DNA of 64,000 bases, from positions 138,756,001 to 138,820,000 of the forward strand of contig OZ024740.1 in the NCBI GenBank assembly GCA_964016885.1, in the 5' to 3' direction. This document shows, piece by piece, positions 12,652 through 25,950 of the stretch. Each line of letters starts with the position of its first letter. The stretch's first letter is position 1. Position numbers and translations under genes: made by a program. A model generated the notes under the pieces. It was not told the DNA's origin. It saw only the letters and a program-made list of their open reading frames with translations, and did not search any database. Source of the stretch: Eledone cirrhosa. Its lineage: Eukaryota.

Positions 12652-13318
12652 AATGATAATGATAAGGATTTAGATCGATTTCCAGTGATTTCGATCTTGT
12701 TGTTTACAATTTGCTCAACAAATTCGTTTGAAGCATACGCGAAGGAGTAATTGTAATACTACATCCCAGCCAGAGGCCTAAAGCTATGAAAACAATATTA
12801 TTGTATCGAAGAATTAACATATGAAAACCTTAAAGTGCTCAGAATTTCATCAATGGAAACAGCCAGTATCCTCCGGACTACAAAGTCCGCCAGACTACAA
12901 AAATCCACATCTAAGTTGGTAGAGTACTGTTTCAAATTCCGCTGGTCATCGATTAATAATAAATCCATAACCAACAATATATAATATATTAGTGTCGAAG
13001 AATTTCAAAGAGCCGCTAGAATAATATCACACTGGATTATATACATGTTTTCTGCGATTTTAAACAAATATATTGATTCGGCTACTGGCAGTGAAGAGTG
13101 TTGGTGTCAGGATACGAACTGGCGCCCTCTCAACTGGTTACTCCGATACTCTATCGATCTGGCTTACCACATTCTCGCCCTTTTCTCTCTCTCTCTCGCC
13201 CTCTCTATCTCTCTCTCTCCAAAATTTCTCTAAAAAAATTTGTTTAGAAATATCCGAGAAGAGTGCACATTACCGGTGTCTGATTTTATTATCTCTATCC
13301 TCGCGCGTGTGTGTATAT

Positions 13319-13398
<80 letters not shown>

Positions 13399-13823
13399 AC
13401 ATATATACACACACACAGACTTCTTTAGAAGTAATGATTATAGTAAAGTATGAATATATATATATACAAAGAGATAGGAAGATAGGAGAGGGGCAAACAG
13501 TCAGGAATGAGTGAAGAGGAGAAGAAGAAAATATGTTAGTCAAATTAGCTAGGTAGACGCCTGTAGCCAGTATTCCCCGTATTCATAAGATACAGCGCCA
13601 TGCTATGTTGACCAGACGTGCGTAAACTTCCATATTTATAAATGAAACTAAAAATCGTTAGCGGTCGGTAGTATCATATTGTTAATAATATAATTCGATG
13701 ATAAGCAAGTGGGAAAGTATTTTCGATTCTCAAGTATCTCGTGATTATTTATTGTACCCCCTCTTCACTCATTTCTTTTTGTATGTTCTTATTGCTTATA
13801 ATATACATTCTCCTGAGAAAGAT

Positions 13824-13908
<85 letters not shown>

Positions 13909-13950
13909 ATATATATATTATATATATATGTATATAATATATATATATAT

Positions 13951-13980
<30 letters not shown>

Positions 13981-13984
<4 letters not shown>

Positions 13985-14136
13985 AACGAGTAGGACCCCG
14001 ACGGCTGAGCTCAAGCCGAAACGGCTTGAGCTCAGCCGTCGGGGTCCTACTCGTTCCTATTACCCACTCTACTACCCTAAGTATTGAGTACTTTGGTGCG
14101 TTATGGTCCACCTGGTTCCTTACCACATTTCCTTCG

Positions 14137-14138
<2 letters not shown>
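13981..14138 (+). mobile_element. Fold-back insert (35-bp-arm palindrome + 80-bp tail), probable Penelope-like element end
   Basis: Perfect palindrome 13984-14056 around AAA, followed by tail attacccactctactaccctaagtattgagtac..ccttcgtt seen in four copies; lies in (TA)n. Confidence 0.65.
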
Positions 14139-14226
<88 letters not shown>

Positions 14227-14708
14227 CAAAGAGAAAGAGGGAGAGAGAGAAAGAGAGAGAGAGAGAAGTTCGGGGAGGTATAACTTAATAGACATTCGAA
14301 TTCTAGCGTATAAATGTATAATAGAAGGCGGTCGATTGGGAGAATTGATAGAGTGAGTTGCAGTATTTGCTCCATTTCTTTCCATTCTGAGTTCAAATCC
14401 CACCGCGCTCAACATTGTATGTTTCTTTTACGTGGGTAGATAAATATATTACCTGTCAAATACTGGAGTCATCTCGCTTCTTATCCGTTCACACTCCCAG
14501 TTTCTATATCTCTCTATGTTTATCTCACAGAGAGAGAGAGAGAGAGGCATACAGACAGACGCACATCCACAATCAGCTAATTTGCGCTGTAAGAGGTCAA
14601 TGGGGCAGTATTTTCCTTTTCGTCCAAAAAATGGTGGAGCTTTAAGCTAGAGAAGGTGGCAGACATATCGAACCAATGTGCTAGTTGATATAGAACGGTG
14701 AGAACATA

Positions 14709-14898
14709 TAATTGTTTCTACTTTTGGCACAAGGCCAGCAATTACCCAGTACATTACTGGTACTTTATTTTATCGACCCTGTAAGGATGAAAGGCAAAGT
14801 TAACCTCGGCGGGATTTGAACTCAGTTCGTAAAGGGACGTAACTGTGCTGCAAAGCATGGCGTCTGACCCTCTACCAATACTGCCAATCCACCACCCT
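14709..14898 (-). mobile_element. tRNA-head SINE, family S1
   Basis: A-box-like tggcagtattgg, B-box gagttcaaatcc, core gaggttaactttgcctttcatcc..gtcgataaaataaagtaccag, tail gtagaaacaattat; many copies in window. Confidence 0.85.
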
Positions 14899-15526
14899 GA
14901 GAACATATAATGTAGGCATGCATGTAAGACCGTTGATTGTCCTAATTCGTAAACAAAACACTCAGAAAATACTGTAACCCAACCGCTTACTGGAACTCAT
15001 GATTCCCGCTAAGCTAGACCCCGACCCGCGTCCGTATATTCCGTAAACTAATCACAGACCCACACCAGCTACCGCTATGGAGCAGATAGCCGCTATCAAG
15101 CTGCAGCTGTCAGAATGTATGCCCATCTAATTATATATAAAGCGAACTTACTCACTTACTCATATCATAAATGTTAAAAGTTCAGTCTTTTAGTAAAGGA
15201 ATATTAACGGGTTGTTACAATATCTGCAATTTCTCAGAGAGAGGAAAGACGGGTTTTATATATATATGTGTATGTGTATGATGTGTATGTATGTATAATA
15301 TGTAGGCATGTGTGAGTGCGTGCGTTTATCTGTGTGCGTATACCTCAGATTATGCTGGGAAGGACATATATATACCTATATTTGAAGTATTGAGTACACA
15401 TACAGACAAACACACGCATGCACACACACATCCCTATATGTACATATACGTACGCACACACCATACACAGATACACGGACACACACACACACACGCATAT
15501 ATACACACACACGAATACACACACAG

Positions 15527-15609
<83 letters not shown>

Positions 15610-15677
15610 CTGTTATACTCTGCTATGTATTGAGTACCTTACTTACTGTGGTTACCTCCGATTCAACCCGGAATAAC

Positions 15678-15711
<34 letters not shown>

Positions 15712-16325
15712 TATGATATGGTCCCGTAACTCATGATAGAGATGGAGTCGTAGGGGGGTCGTATTAGCATATGGCGTTTCTCGGTCATTTTAAGCCTGGC
15801 AGAGCTCCTCCCCCTCCAGGCCTGAGTACAACATATTTCTTCCAGGGAAAGATAGAAAGTGAGAGAGAAGAAATGAGAAAGAAATATAGAGGAAGTATCA
15901 ATCCCAGTACTAGGGAAAGTTGACCTCGGCGGGATTTGAACTCATAGAAGATAGTATTTTTTAACCTGGGAGTGAAAGACCCCCTGTTGTTATCACAACA
16001 CCTTTCTAATAGAGGGAAACTGTGAAAAAAAAACCTGCGGCTTCGGAAGCATCCGATGATGTTGACCAGTTCTCCTTTTCGGGTAGTGTTTGCGATGCTC
16101 AGGGAGTGGCATTGGTCGAGTGCAAGGCCTTTCCCCACTTAAAAAACCTTCAAAGCACAGGCCTTGCTTGTTCAGGGTCTGTTATAGGTTTGTGTGACTG
16201 GCCGTAGCCTAAAAGTGCATTAAACTCTATAACCTGACAAGCGATTGCAGTACTCTTAGCAGAGTTTGCAGCCATCATGTATGTATGCATGTATGTATGT
16301 ATGTATGTATGTATGTATGTATGTA

Positions 16326-16385
<60 letters not shown>

Positions 16386-16479
16386 TGTATGTTTGCATAT
16401 ATAATTGGTGTGGGATGCTTAAAGCGTCTGTAAGCGGAAGGCCGTTTGAGCACTCGATGCTCTTACAGAGCAGAGTATG

Positions 16480-16736
16480 ATATCACATAAGAAACTGAGA
16501 ATCAGTGTTGCGGCGAATAAAATTTATTAGACATATTACAATCGTTTCTCTGGCGACCAGCTAGAGGCACGCTCGATGTAATGATCGAAACTGACTCTGA
16601 AATCGCAAGGTCCTCAGATACGTCTCGATTCTTCGAAGCAGAGTTTTGGAAACTATGCTTCGAAGAATCGAGACGTATCTATATAAATAATAAATTCTAT
16701 TCGTCGCAACACTGATTTTCCGTTTCTTATGTGATA
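16480..16736. repeat. Interrupted palindrome (fold-back insert)
   Basis: 16480-16530 is inverted relative to ~16686-16736; central hairpin agatacgtctcgattcttcgaagca..tgcttcgaagaatcgagacgtatct at 16617-16680; ~85 bp extra in the left arm. Confidence 0.75.
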
Positions 16737-16743
16737 TATATAT

Positions 16744-16807
<64 letters not shown>

Positions 16808-16812
<5 letters not shown>

Positions 16813-16911
16813 CTGATATGGATATATATATATATATATCCATATCAGCATATATATATATATATATATATGTGCTGATATGGATATATATATATATATA
16901 TATCCATATCA

Positions 16912-16988
<77 letters not shown>

Positions 16989-17062
16989 CTGATATGGATA
17001 TATATATATATATATATATATCCATATCAGCATATATATATATATATATATGCTGATATGGA
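16808..17062. repeat. Tandem array of small palindromes tgctgatatgg-(AT)n-ccatatcagca
   Basis: Three full units and one half unit separated by (TA)n. Confidence 0.85.
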
Positions 17063-17472
17063 TATTAATGCTGATATTGATATTTGCAGAAAAAAAGCCC
17101 TGCATGGTACGATAATACATAATGGTCGATTTTTTTATGTGAATGTGTGCTAAACTTCTTGTTATGAACTATTTTCGTCGACACACTGACCTATATCTCC
17201 TTATCTTTCTCTTCTCCATCATCAAGTCTTTTTCTGCATCTCTCCTTTCAATCCTATTCCCGCCCTATTACAAACAGAGCATCCTGTGTTTTTTATAGCT
17301 TCATCTGCTTACTTTGTCATTTAACAATTCACAATTTTCTGATTATCTACTCTTTCAATGTTTCACTGTTTCGCTGTTTCTATCTCATTCCGTCTCTCTA
17401 TCGTTTTGCATATATAACATGCATGTATATATATAAGTATATGCGATTCTTTGCTTAAACTTTAATCTGTGG

Positions 17473-17516
<44 letters not shown>

Positions 17517-17528
17517 GATTATATATAC

Positions 17529-17646
<118 letters not shown>

Positions 17647-18029
17647 GTGTGCGTGTGTTTAAATAAATAGCACATTTGCACACTTAGTATTATATTTTGA
17701 GCATTTCACTGTAAGTGGCCTTACCATGTTCCCTTAACTGATAAGGATTTACATGTATATAAGTGAATCTCTGTGTGTGTATTTCTCTGTGGGTAGATAT
17801 ATTTAAGGAATTGAATTTCAAATCACTATCAACGCCAACGTAAGAATCGTCATATTTTTAAATTCAGATTAGACTTGACTACAGAAATCTAAATGAAAAT
17901 ATAGTATACATAATTAAATACTTCAACAATCCCTCCGTTATCATAAAAGAAATACTGACAAAGCACCATAAGTAGATTATCGAGAGAGGCATGTTCAGTT
18001 AAGCAACACCCATTATATTATCGCACTAT

Positions 18030-18366
18030 TAAGGGATTGGCAGCACAGTTACGTCCCTTTACAGACTGAGTTCAAATCCCACCGAGGTTAACTTTGCCTT
18101 TCATCCTTACGTGGCTGATAAAATAAAGTACCAGTAATACACTGGGATAATTGCTGGCCTTGTGCCAAAAGTAGAAACAATTATTAAGGGATTGTAGAAG
18201 GGTCGGATGCCATGCTTTGACGCATAGAGTTCCGGCCCTTGCCATTCTGAGTTCAAATCTCGCCGAAGTTAACTTTGCCTTTCATCCTTACGGGGTCGAT
18301 AAAATAAAGTACCAGTAATGCACTGGGTAATTGCTGGCCTTGTGCCAAAAGTAGAAACAATTATTA
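18030..18366 (+). mobile_element. Two tandem S1 SINEs
   Basis: Two head-to-tail copies, each with B-box, core and gtagaaacaattatt tail. Confidence 0.85.
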
Positions 18367-18734
18367 AAAATGTTGAATGTGTGTGTAACAAGGATGTTGA
18401 ATATGATGAATAAAAACCTGGGATAGGACGAGAGAGATTAATACGGCTAAGAAAAAAACATAGACAGCATGAAAGCAACAAGTGAGCCTTGTCACTAGAT
18501 ATGTTAGAAATAACAACCAAATTTTCAATTAAATCACTTACAAAAAGAATGGGGGATGACTGCATAAGATAACGTAGTCCTAAATACACAATGTCTTAAA
18601 ATAAGATTGGATGGTTGCGGCAAGAACGGCTGTCATGATAGGTTTGTCCTAGCAGGGATGGTCTAGAGATTAACAATAAAGACAATGTGGGCAAACAGGG
18701 AATTTCAAGAGAGCTGACGTTCCGGGTGGGAAGG

Positions 18735-19060
18735 AAACAACAACATTGAACAACACCAAAAGCAATATCACCACTACCACCACCAATAACAACAACAACA
18801 GCAGTGACACTAACAACACCACCATCAACAAAAATACCACCAACAATAATACTAATAACAAAACAACAACACAGCTACCACCAACAACAACAGTAACACA
18901 ACGACGCTATTATTCCCAACAACAACTAGACCACCACCACCACCACCACTATTACCACCACCACAACCACCACCACCACCACCACCAAAATTAGCAACAA
19001 CACTAATAACGACAAAACAAACCCACAAACAAAACCAGCTCCAACAACAACAGTTATCAG
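18735..19060. repeat. Low-complexity (CAA/CAC)n region
   Basis: Degenerate trinucleotide runs. Confidence 0.85.
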
Positions 19061-19368
19061 CCATAATAATTGTAGTCCCTAACATACAAGAGATAAAACA
19101 CCCCTTTACTTAGAGCAGTACACCAAACAGTCCTTCAACATTAAACTTTCTAAAGTAAACGACAACGTCTGGTGAAGGAAGAAGCTCAGCAATCATGTCA
19201 TTGCAGACTTTGGTCGTTATTCTAGGAAGGTTTTCAAAGTCTTCACTTATCTCTGCACTAAATACAGATTATTTCTCTGGGAAAATAACTAACTTCCTTT
19301 CCACTTCTATAAAATTACCAAATCTATACGGTTTTTCCTAAACAGACACTCACACTCATACACATGCG

Positions 19369-19408
<40 letters not shown>

Positions 19409-19515
19409 TATATATGAGTGTATATATAAATACAAAAATATATGCATAATATATATATATGTGTGCATGGGTGCGAAACACACACACACACGTGTTTGTG
19501 TGTGTGGGTGTTTAA

Positions 19516-19598
<83 letters not shown>

Positions 19599-20029
19599 TA
19601 TATATATAAATACAAAAATATATGCATAATATATATGTGCGTGCGTGTGTACATATGCATACGCATGTGTACGTGTACATATGCATACACACATATATAT
19701 GTATATATACGTATGTATATGCATATATATATATTTGTATGTATATAAGTGTTTATATGTGTGCGTGCGTTTGCATAAGTTTTGTCAGGGCTTAAGTGTG
19801 TCAGTCTATTTGAGTAGGTGTTTATATGTTTGCATGCACGTGCATATATAGTTCTACGTGCCTGTGTGTTGCGTGAGGGTTTCCTACTAGCCGATGCCTT
19901 ATCCATAAATGCTGACTAAGAGAAAACTGAAGTTATAACTATCATAGCGTGTTTGGTTTCGAATCCTTACCGACAATTCCTATCCTGAGGATTAACTTAG
20001 AAATCATCAGCGTGCTTCTTTTATAATGG

Positions 20030-20335
20030 TTTCTAATTTAGACACAAGATCAGCAATATTTGTGGGAATGGTGAAAATCGATTATACCTACCCCAGTTCT
20101 TTGCTGGTACTTTATTATAATGTTTTCTAATTATGGCTTGAGACCAGCAATTTTTGTGTGGGGTGGGGTGATTCGTTTAAATATACTCCAATACTTTAGC
20201 GATACTTTATTTTATCGAACCCTGGAAAGATGAAGAGCAAAGTTGACTTCAGCAAGATTTGAACTCAGAATGTAAAGGGTCGTAGCAAAACATTTTGTCA
20301 ATCGCTCTAATGATTCTACCATACCACCACCCCAT
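20030..20335 (-). mobile_element. Degenerate S1 SINE with duplicated tail
   Basis: tactttattttatcga..gatgaagagcaaagttgac..atttgaactcag. Confidence 0.7.
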
Positions 20336-21037
20336 GATTCTATTATAATGATAGAGTCGCCGTTCCGACATTACCTGGAGTTAGGTGTTTTTAGTGAAGT
20401 ACTCAGTGGTTAGGATATTCAATTCACGATCGTAAAGTCGAATACTCTAACAGAGCGGTGGTTGTGTCCTTGAGCAAGATACTTTATTTCACGTTGCTGC
20501 AGTCTGCTGAGCTGGGGGGGATGGGTGAGTACTAGCAGCAGTTATGGGTTAGCCATGGGACAAACTGCATTCCTTCCAGGGACTAGTCTTTTACTGGAAG
20601 ACGCTTTACCCCCAATGAAACCGAAATGAACACATCGGCATGATGAGACTTCGGGCTTGGAACAGACTTTAACTTTTAAATTTGTTGCAAACATTTGGCC
20701 CAGCTCTAGGGTTTGGGGATAGCCTCCCATTCTCGAACAAGTCTGGGAGGCCTTGGAAAGGGTCATGTGCACATCTCTTCTCTGTTTGAACAAATAGTTA
20801 TTAAAAAATTGATTGTTTTTAGCAGAGTTGGCATGTCATGAAATTGCCAGCATTTCTATGTCTGATAGAGTCTAACATTCTTGTATACATGTGGTGGTTT
20901 GAGTGCAACAGGAAATGTTACTTTTGTTTGGGAGGGGAAGATAGTGGTGGTGATGGTGTAGTGGGAGGAGTATCTATGTTTATGTGCCTCAAAATTGCGC
21001 ACAGACAGTTCACTAACTTTCTCCCTTTCTCCATCCA

Positions 21038-21103
<66 letters not shown>

Positions 21104-21106
21104 TTG

Positions 21107-21152
<46 letters not shown>

Positions 21153-21412
21153 TGTGTGCGTGTGTGTGTAGCTATCTATTTATGTATATAAACATAAATA
21201 TGGTGGAGGAAACACTATATAAATAACTAAATAAGTACTCAGAGAGAGAGTGAGTGAGAGAGCAAGAGAGAATGAGTGAAAGGGGGGAGAGAAAGAGAGA
21301 AAAGAAGAGGAAAGAGGAAGAGTTTCTGAATAAATCATAGAATAGTAAAATAAAAGAACAAAGAGAAAAAGTAGGTCTTTTTTAATTTCTTCCTCGCCAT
21401 AATTAGACATAC

Positions 21413-21455
<43 letters not shown>

Positions 21456-22368
21456 AGCACATATATATATATACATACATACATACACACATATATATAT
21501 ATATATATACATACATACATACACCAATATATACATACATACAAATATACATATATACATACATACATACATACATACACACACACATATATATATATAT
21601 ATATGTGTGTGTGTATGTGTGTGTGAGTGTATGTGTGTGTGTGTGTGAGTGTATGTGTGTGTGTGAGTGTGTGTGTGTGTGTGTATTTTTTCAAGTGAAG
21701 AATTTGATGTTGTAATCAAAACAGAAGCGTGAAGAAAAACAATATAATTAGATATGAGAGTAGTGGGGGTGGTGAAGGGGAGGAGGAATGAGATAGGAAT
21801 ATGTTAATTTAATTAAGAACAGACCAACAACTACTAGTGAATCACTTCTAATTAAGGACTATGCTGATGTGTGTGCGCGTACGTGTGTGTGTGTGTTTGT
21901 GCGCGTATATGTGTGTGTGTACGCTGCTGCGCGTTTGTGTGTGTGTCCGTGTGTATTTATGTGTGTGTGTGTCTGTGTGCGAGAGCGTTGTACGGGCGTT
22001 CTAACGAATACAGTTAGTTAGTCACACTAAGTAGACAATGAGCGGGCCTCTACGTCGATATCGTAGCTCGATCTACTAGAAATATCCACAAAACATCTCT
22101 CACATCATATCCTACCATCTTAAAAAAGTGGAAAACCCACACTGACTAATGTAGTCCTAGATAATGCTTTCTTTCTTTCTTTCTTTTTTCTTAGTGAGTC
22201 TATAGACTGAATGTGAAAGGGTTAATGGGGCCATGGTGTGAACACTTCTTTTTTGGACCATTCAACGAACTGTTTCTGAGAATTTAGGGGTAGAAATCGG
22301 CCCACTCTATTCATATAGAACTTTACCTCGAATAAATAAAAAGCAAGGTTGGCTTTTTATTTATTCAA

Positions 22369-22560
22369 TTGAACTCATACCGACTCCTTGTATTATTTAT
22401 AACGAAAACCTGTGAGCCTTTTCTTGTGAAAGTAGCTTAATGAAAGACATTTGCCAAGTTAATGTAAATCTAGCCAGATACATTATTACATTTAATGAAG
22501 CTGTTGATTTTTCCAATAGTGAAAGAATCTATATCTCTTACGTTGTAGACTACACTTTAT
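22369..22560 (+). pseudogene. Possible hAT (Charlie/SPIN-type) transposase remnant
   Basis: Reads ELIPTPCIIYNENL*AFSCESSLMKDICQVNVNLARYI, resembling the hAT HCIIHQENLCA..MK.V...V.YI segment; by eye only. Confidence 0.35.
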
Positions 22561-23685
22561 GAAAACGGAATGCCAACGACGAAACCTCTATATGGTTGTT
22601 CTACTTGCAAGAAATGTAAGTCAAATCTCACCCAAATCCCACTTCATTCTTATAAAGAGTTATTTGTTTTGATTTCCTTTGGAAAAATATATTTCCTTTG
22701 ACAAATATTTACCCATATGCTGTTGCTGCTATTTAGCCCAGTTCAGCTCTGGAAGAATAGATCTGTCACAAGGGGCAGCCGTAACCTGCCTATGATTTTA
22801 GGGGCATAGCCGGTTTTACCGGCTACCTATGAGGTTGTATTATACATGAGATTTGTTGGGTGTTTTCTAGTCCTATCATGTCGCCATTTCTTTCTGTTGA
22901 CAAGGAGCAGGATTTATTCTCAGAACGCACAATAGGGGAAGAGATATGCATGGCATCCTATCCAACATTCTAACAATTCTGTCAATCCACTGTCCTTGAT
23001 TGATACTTTATTTATTGACCTTCAAATAACGTAAGACAAAGTTAACCTCGCTGTGGTTATGTGGAATACAAATTAATGTTGATCACATTTAATTGTAAAC
23101 TGACAAAGTACTAGCGGTTCTTCGATAGGTTTCCCGTTGAGCCCATAATGGTGGAAACATCGAGCGGCCTGGGTGCTTGAGCCAGCTCCCTACTTACTTC
23201 GATCAGGTTGAAAAAGGCCGTCGGAAAGAATGTACCCCGCAAGTTCTACTGGTTCTTTCTATGCATCTCCCTCATCATCCTCCGGGGTAATATAATATAT
23301 TCGGGATTCTTTCCACAAAGACCATGAATCCAAAACAATAAAGTAGAAAGATGATATATTTTCAAACTTCACATAACGGCGCATCCCATTTCTACATCTA
23401 TTAAATTGTCTGCAAAGCTAGCCATAGTCCGTACAATCACAGAATACTGGATTCGAAACCCGAGTACTGGATTCAGCATACCTCGAGTTTTATCTCTTAA
23501 TCAACTATGCTCGACCCTTTTTCTTCACTACTAAAATATAAATATGAGGGAAGCGGAGGGAAATGTGCTCTGTTTTGGCATAACAGAAAATTAATTTACA
23601 CATCAATCAACAAGCTACTTTAGACAAGCAAACTGCAAGGATGTAAGAATTCTCAAAAAGCTGTTTAGTGGTCGGCTATAACATC

Positions 23686-23950
23686 GTGGTGGTGGTGGTG
23701 GTGACGGGGCGATGGTGCCGGCGGCGGCGGCGGCACTGGTGGTGGTGGTGGTGGTGGTGGTGGTGGTAGTGTTGACGGCGATGGTGCCGGCACTGGTGGT
23801 GGTGGTGATGGCGATGGTGCCGGCGGCGGCGGCACTGGTGGTGGTGGTGGTGTTGACGGCGATGGTACTGGCGGCGGCGGCACTGGTGGTGGTGGTGGGG
23901 TTGACGGCGGTGGTGCCGGCGGCGGCGGCAGCGGCGGTTGTAGTGGTGAT
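23686..23950. repeat. GC-rich compound minisatellite (ggt)n-gacggcgatggtgcc-(ggc)n-act
   Basis: About five variable units. Confidence 0.85.
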
Positions 23951-24229
23951 AACGTCGTTGTTGTTGACGATATTATCGTTGTTGTTTAGCCCTAAGTAAA
24001 TCCTGATGGAGCAGGCATTTGATGAAAAAATGTATGAATTCTCAGAAAGTTGTTTACTGGTCGGTGATGATGGTAGTGTCAGTGGTGGCGGTGGGGATGG
24101 TGTCGATGATGATGGAGCTAATTATATTGTTGTTTATCCCTAGGTAAGCCCTACTAGTGCAGGCTTGTGATTAAAGAATGTAAACATTCTCAGAAAGCTG
24201 TTTACAGGTTATTTGGGGTGATAGTATAA

Positions 24230-24410
24230 TTGTTTAACCCCACGTAAACCATGGTTGAGCAGACCTGTGATGAAAGCCATTCCAACTGTGACCATCGCAT
24301 CAGTTGTCCTCCGAGCCGGTAGCGCAGGACCACATTATACGGCGTCTTCGTTTCAAAGGTGTAATTTGAGGGAGATTTGGCTGCTATTTTAGCAGGTCGA
24401 GCGATCACGT
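24230..24410 (-). mobile_element. Dispersed repeat family S3 (SINE/LINE tail-like)
   Basis: gagggagatttggctgctattt..gcaggtcgagcga and ttgtttaacccc motifs recur in decayed form near 22040-22260, 22590, 26000-26220, 44000-44400. Confidence 0.6.
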
Positions 24411-24457
24411 GGAGAATACTTGATTGGATCGTTGTCGATGTTATTATTGTTAATGTT

Positions 24458-24685
24458 AGGGTGGTGGATTGGCAGTATCGGTAGAGTGTCAGACACCATG
24501 CTTTGCAGCATCGAGTTGCGGCCCTTTATGATCTGAGTTCAAATCCCGCCAAGGTTAACTTTGCTTTTCATTTCATCCTTACGAGGTCGATAAAATAAAG
24601 TACCAGTAATGCACTGGATTGATTTAATCGACTTTCCCCTCCCCACAAAAAACTAGCCCTGTGCCTATATAAGAAACCATTATTG
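24458..24685 (+). mobile_element. S1 SINE, full length
   Basis: gggtggtggattggcagtatcgg head, gagttcaaatccc B-box, core and tail. Confidence 0.88.
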
Positions 24686-24990
24686 CTAATGTTGTTGTTG
24701 TTGTTATTGTTGTAGGGGTTAGTTTTATGATGTCGGTATCGTGGGTAATGGTAGTAGGTAATGGTGGTTATCTAGGTGATAATGACGTTGTTTACGTATT
24801 ATCAGTGACGTGATAAAAAAAAGAGATATAGAAGTAAACAAGTGATGGTGAAAGAAAGAAAAAAATTAAAGACAAAAATCATATGCGAGCATCAGTATTG
24901 CTCGCTTACTTCCGGTATAGGTCTGATCTAATTAACACCCACACAGACACATAAACACACCTGAGCATACATATACACACACAAACACAC

Positions 24991-25059
<69 letters not shown>

Positions 25060-25135
25060 GCATGTATGAATGCCAGTATGTGCCTGTGTGAGTGTGAGTA
25101 TATGTGTGTGCATAATATATATGTATGTATGTATG

Positions 25136-25197
<62 letters not shown>

Positions 25198-25589
25198 GTA
25201 AGTATGCCAGTGTGTGTGTCAGTATGTGCGTGATTGTGTGAATACGCAAAAGATTATGTGCATACATATACGTACACATTCACATGAACCCATATTCATT
25301 TACTCGTATACACAGAGACACATGTGTATTTGTTTTGGTGTGTACAAATAAATACAGGTTTAGATGTAAATATACATGCAAAAACTTGCTTACACACATA
25401 CACATACGATCACAGTAGAAAATCCACAAGCAAGCAAGAAATAGCTAAATCATATTCATGTCACACTCGGTCGTCATAAGGAACGAAAGGAGATATTAGA
25501 TAGTGTAGACGTAGATATACTACGTCAAAGAATAACACGAGGGTGGTCACTGTTAGAATATTTAACCGACTTATATCAGCTTATGTCAG

Positions 25590-25950
25590 GTCAGACTTCT
25601 GCCTGCTACTGGTACCATGTAACTCAGTACAACCTGCTATATGGTCGAGTGGTCGGCGGCCAAGCCGGCTCTCCTACCAGACCCAGGTCTGGTGAGGAGA
25701 ATAAGTGGAACAACACACAAAAAACAAGAGCTGTTAAAATGGCGGATGAACTCCACAGAGTCAACGGCCATCCACCCCAAGTAAAGGTTAGATAGCCTCA
25801 CCTACCCACAATTCGCGAAGCGTAGTGAGTATGGCTACACCCCTGACATGACCAAAATCAAACAGAAAGTGGTGGAGGTCAACCAGGGAGGGATTCCTCC
25901 AATAGGTGTGAGAAGGCCCTGAACTGGATTGGACATCTGCTGCATCAGGA
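25590..25950 (+). mobile_element. Possible RTE-clade LINE 5' region remnant
   Basis: GC-richer island with atggcggatgaactccacagagtcaacggccatcc and gggattcctcca..ggattggacatctg, reminiscent of RTE 5' regions; no ORF support. Confidence 0.3.

Noticed and set aside
20542-20793. 83-aa minus-strand ORF in a unique-looking island
   Set aside because: No recognisable motif, no ATG start, no clear splice sites
23665-23999. Proline-rich or Ala/Val-rich protein
   Set aside because: Translation of the GC-rich minisatellite
24458-24550. tRNA gene suggested by A/B boxes
   Set aside because: No cloverleaf; continues into the SINE core and tail and is multicopy
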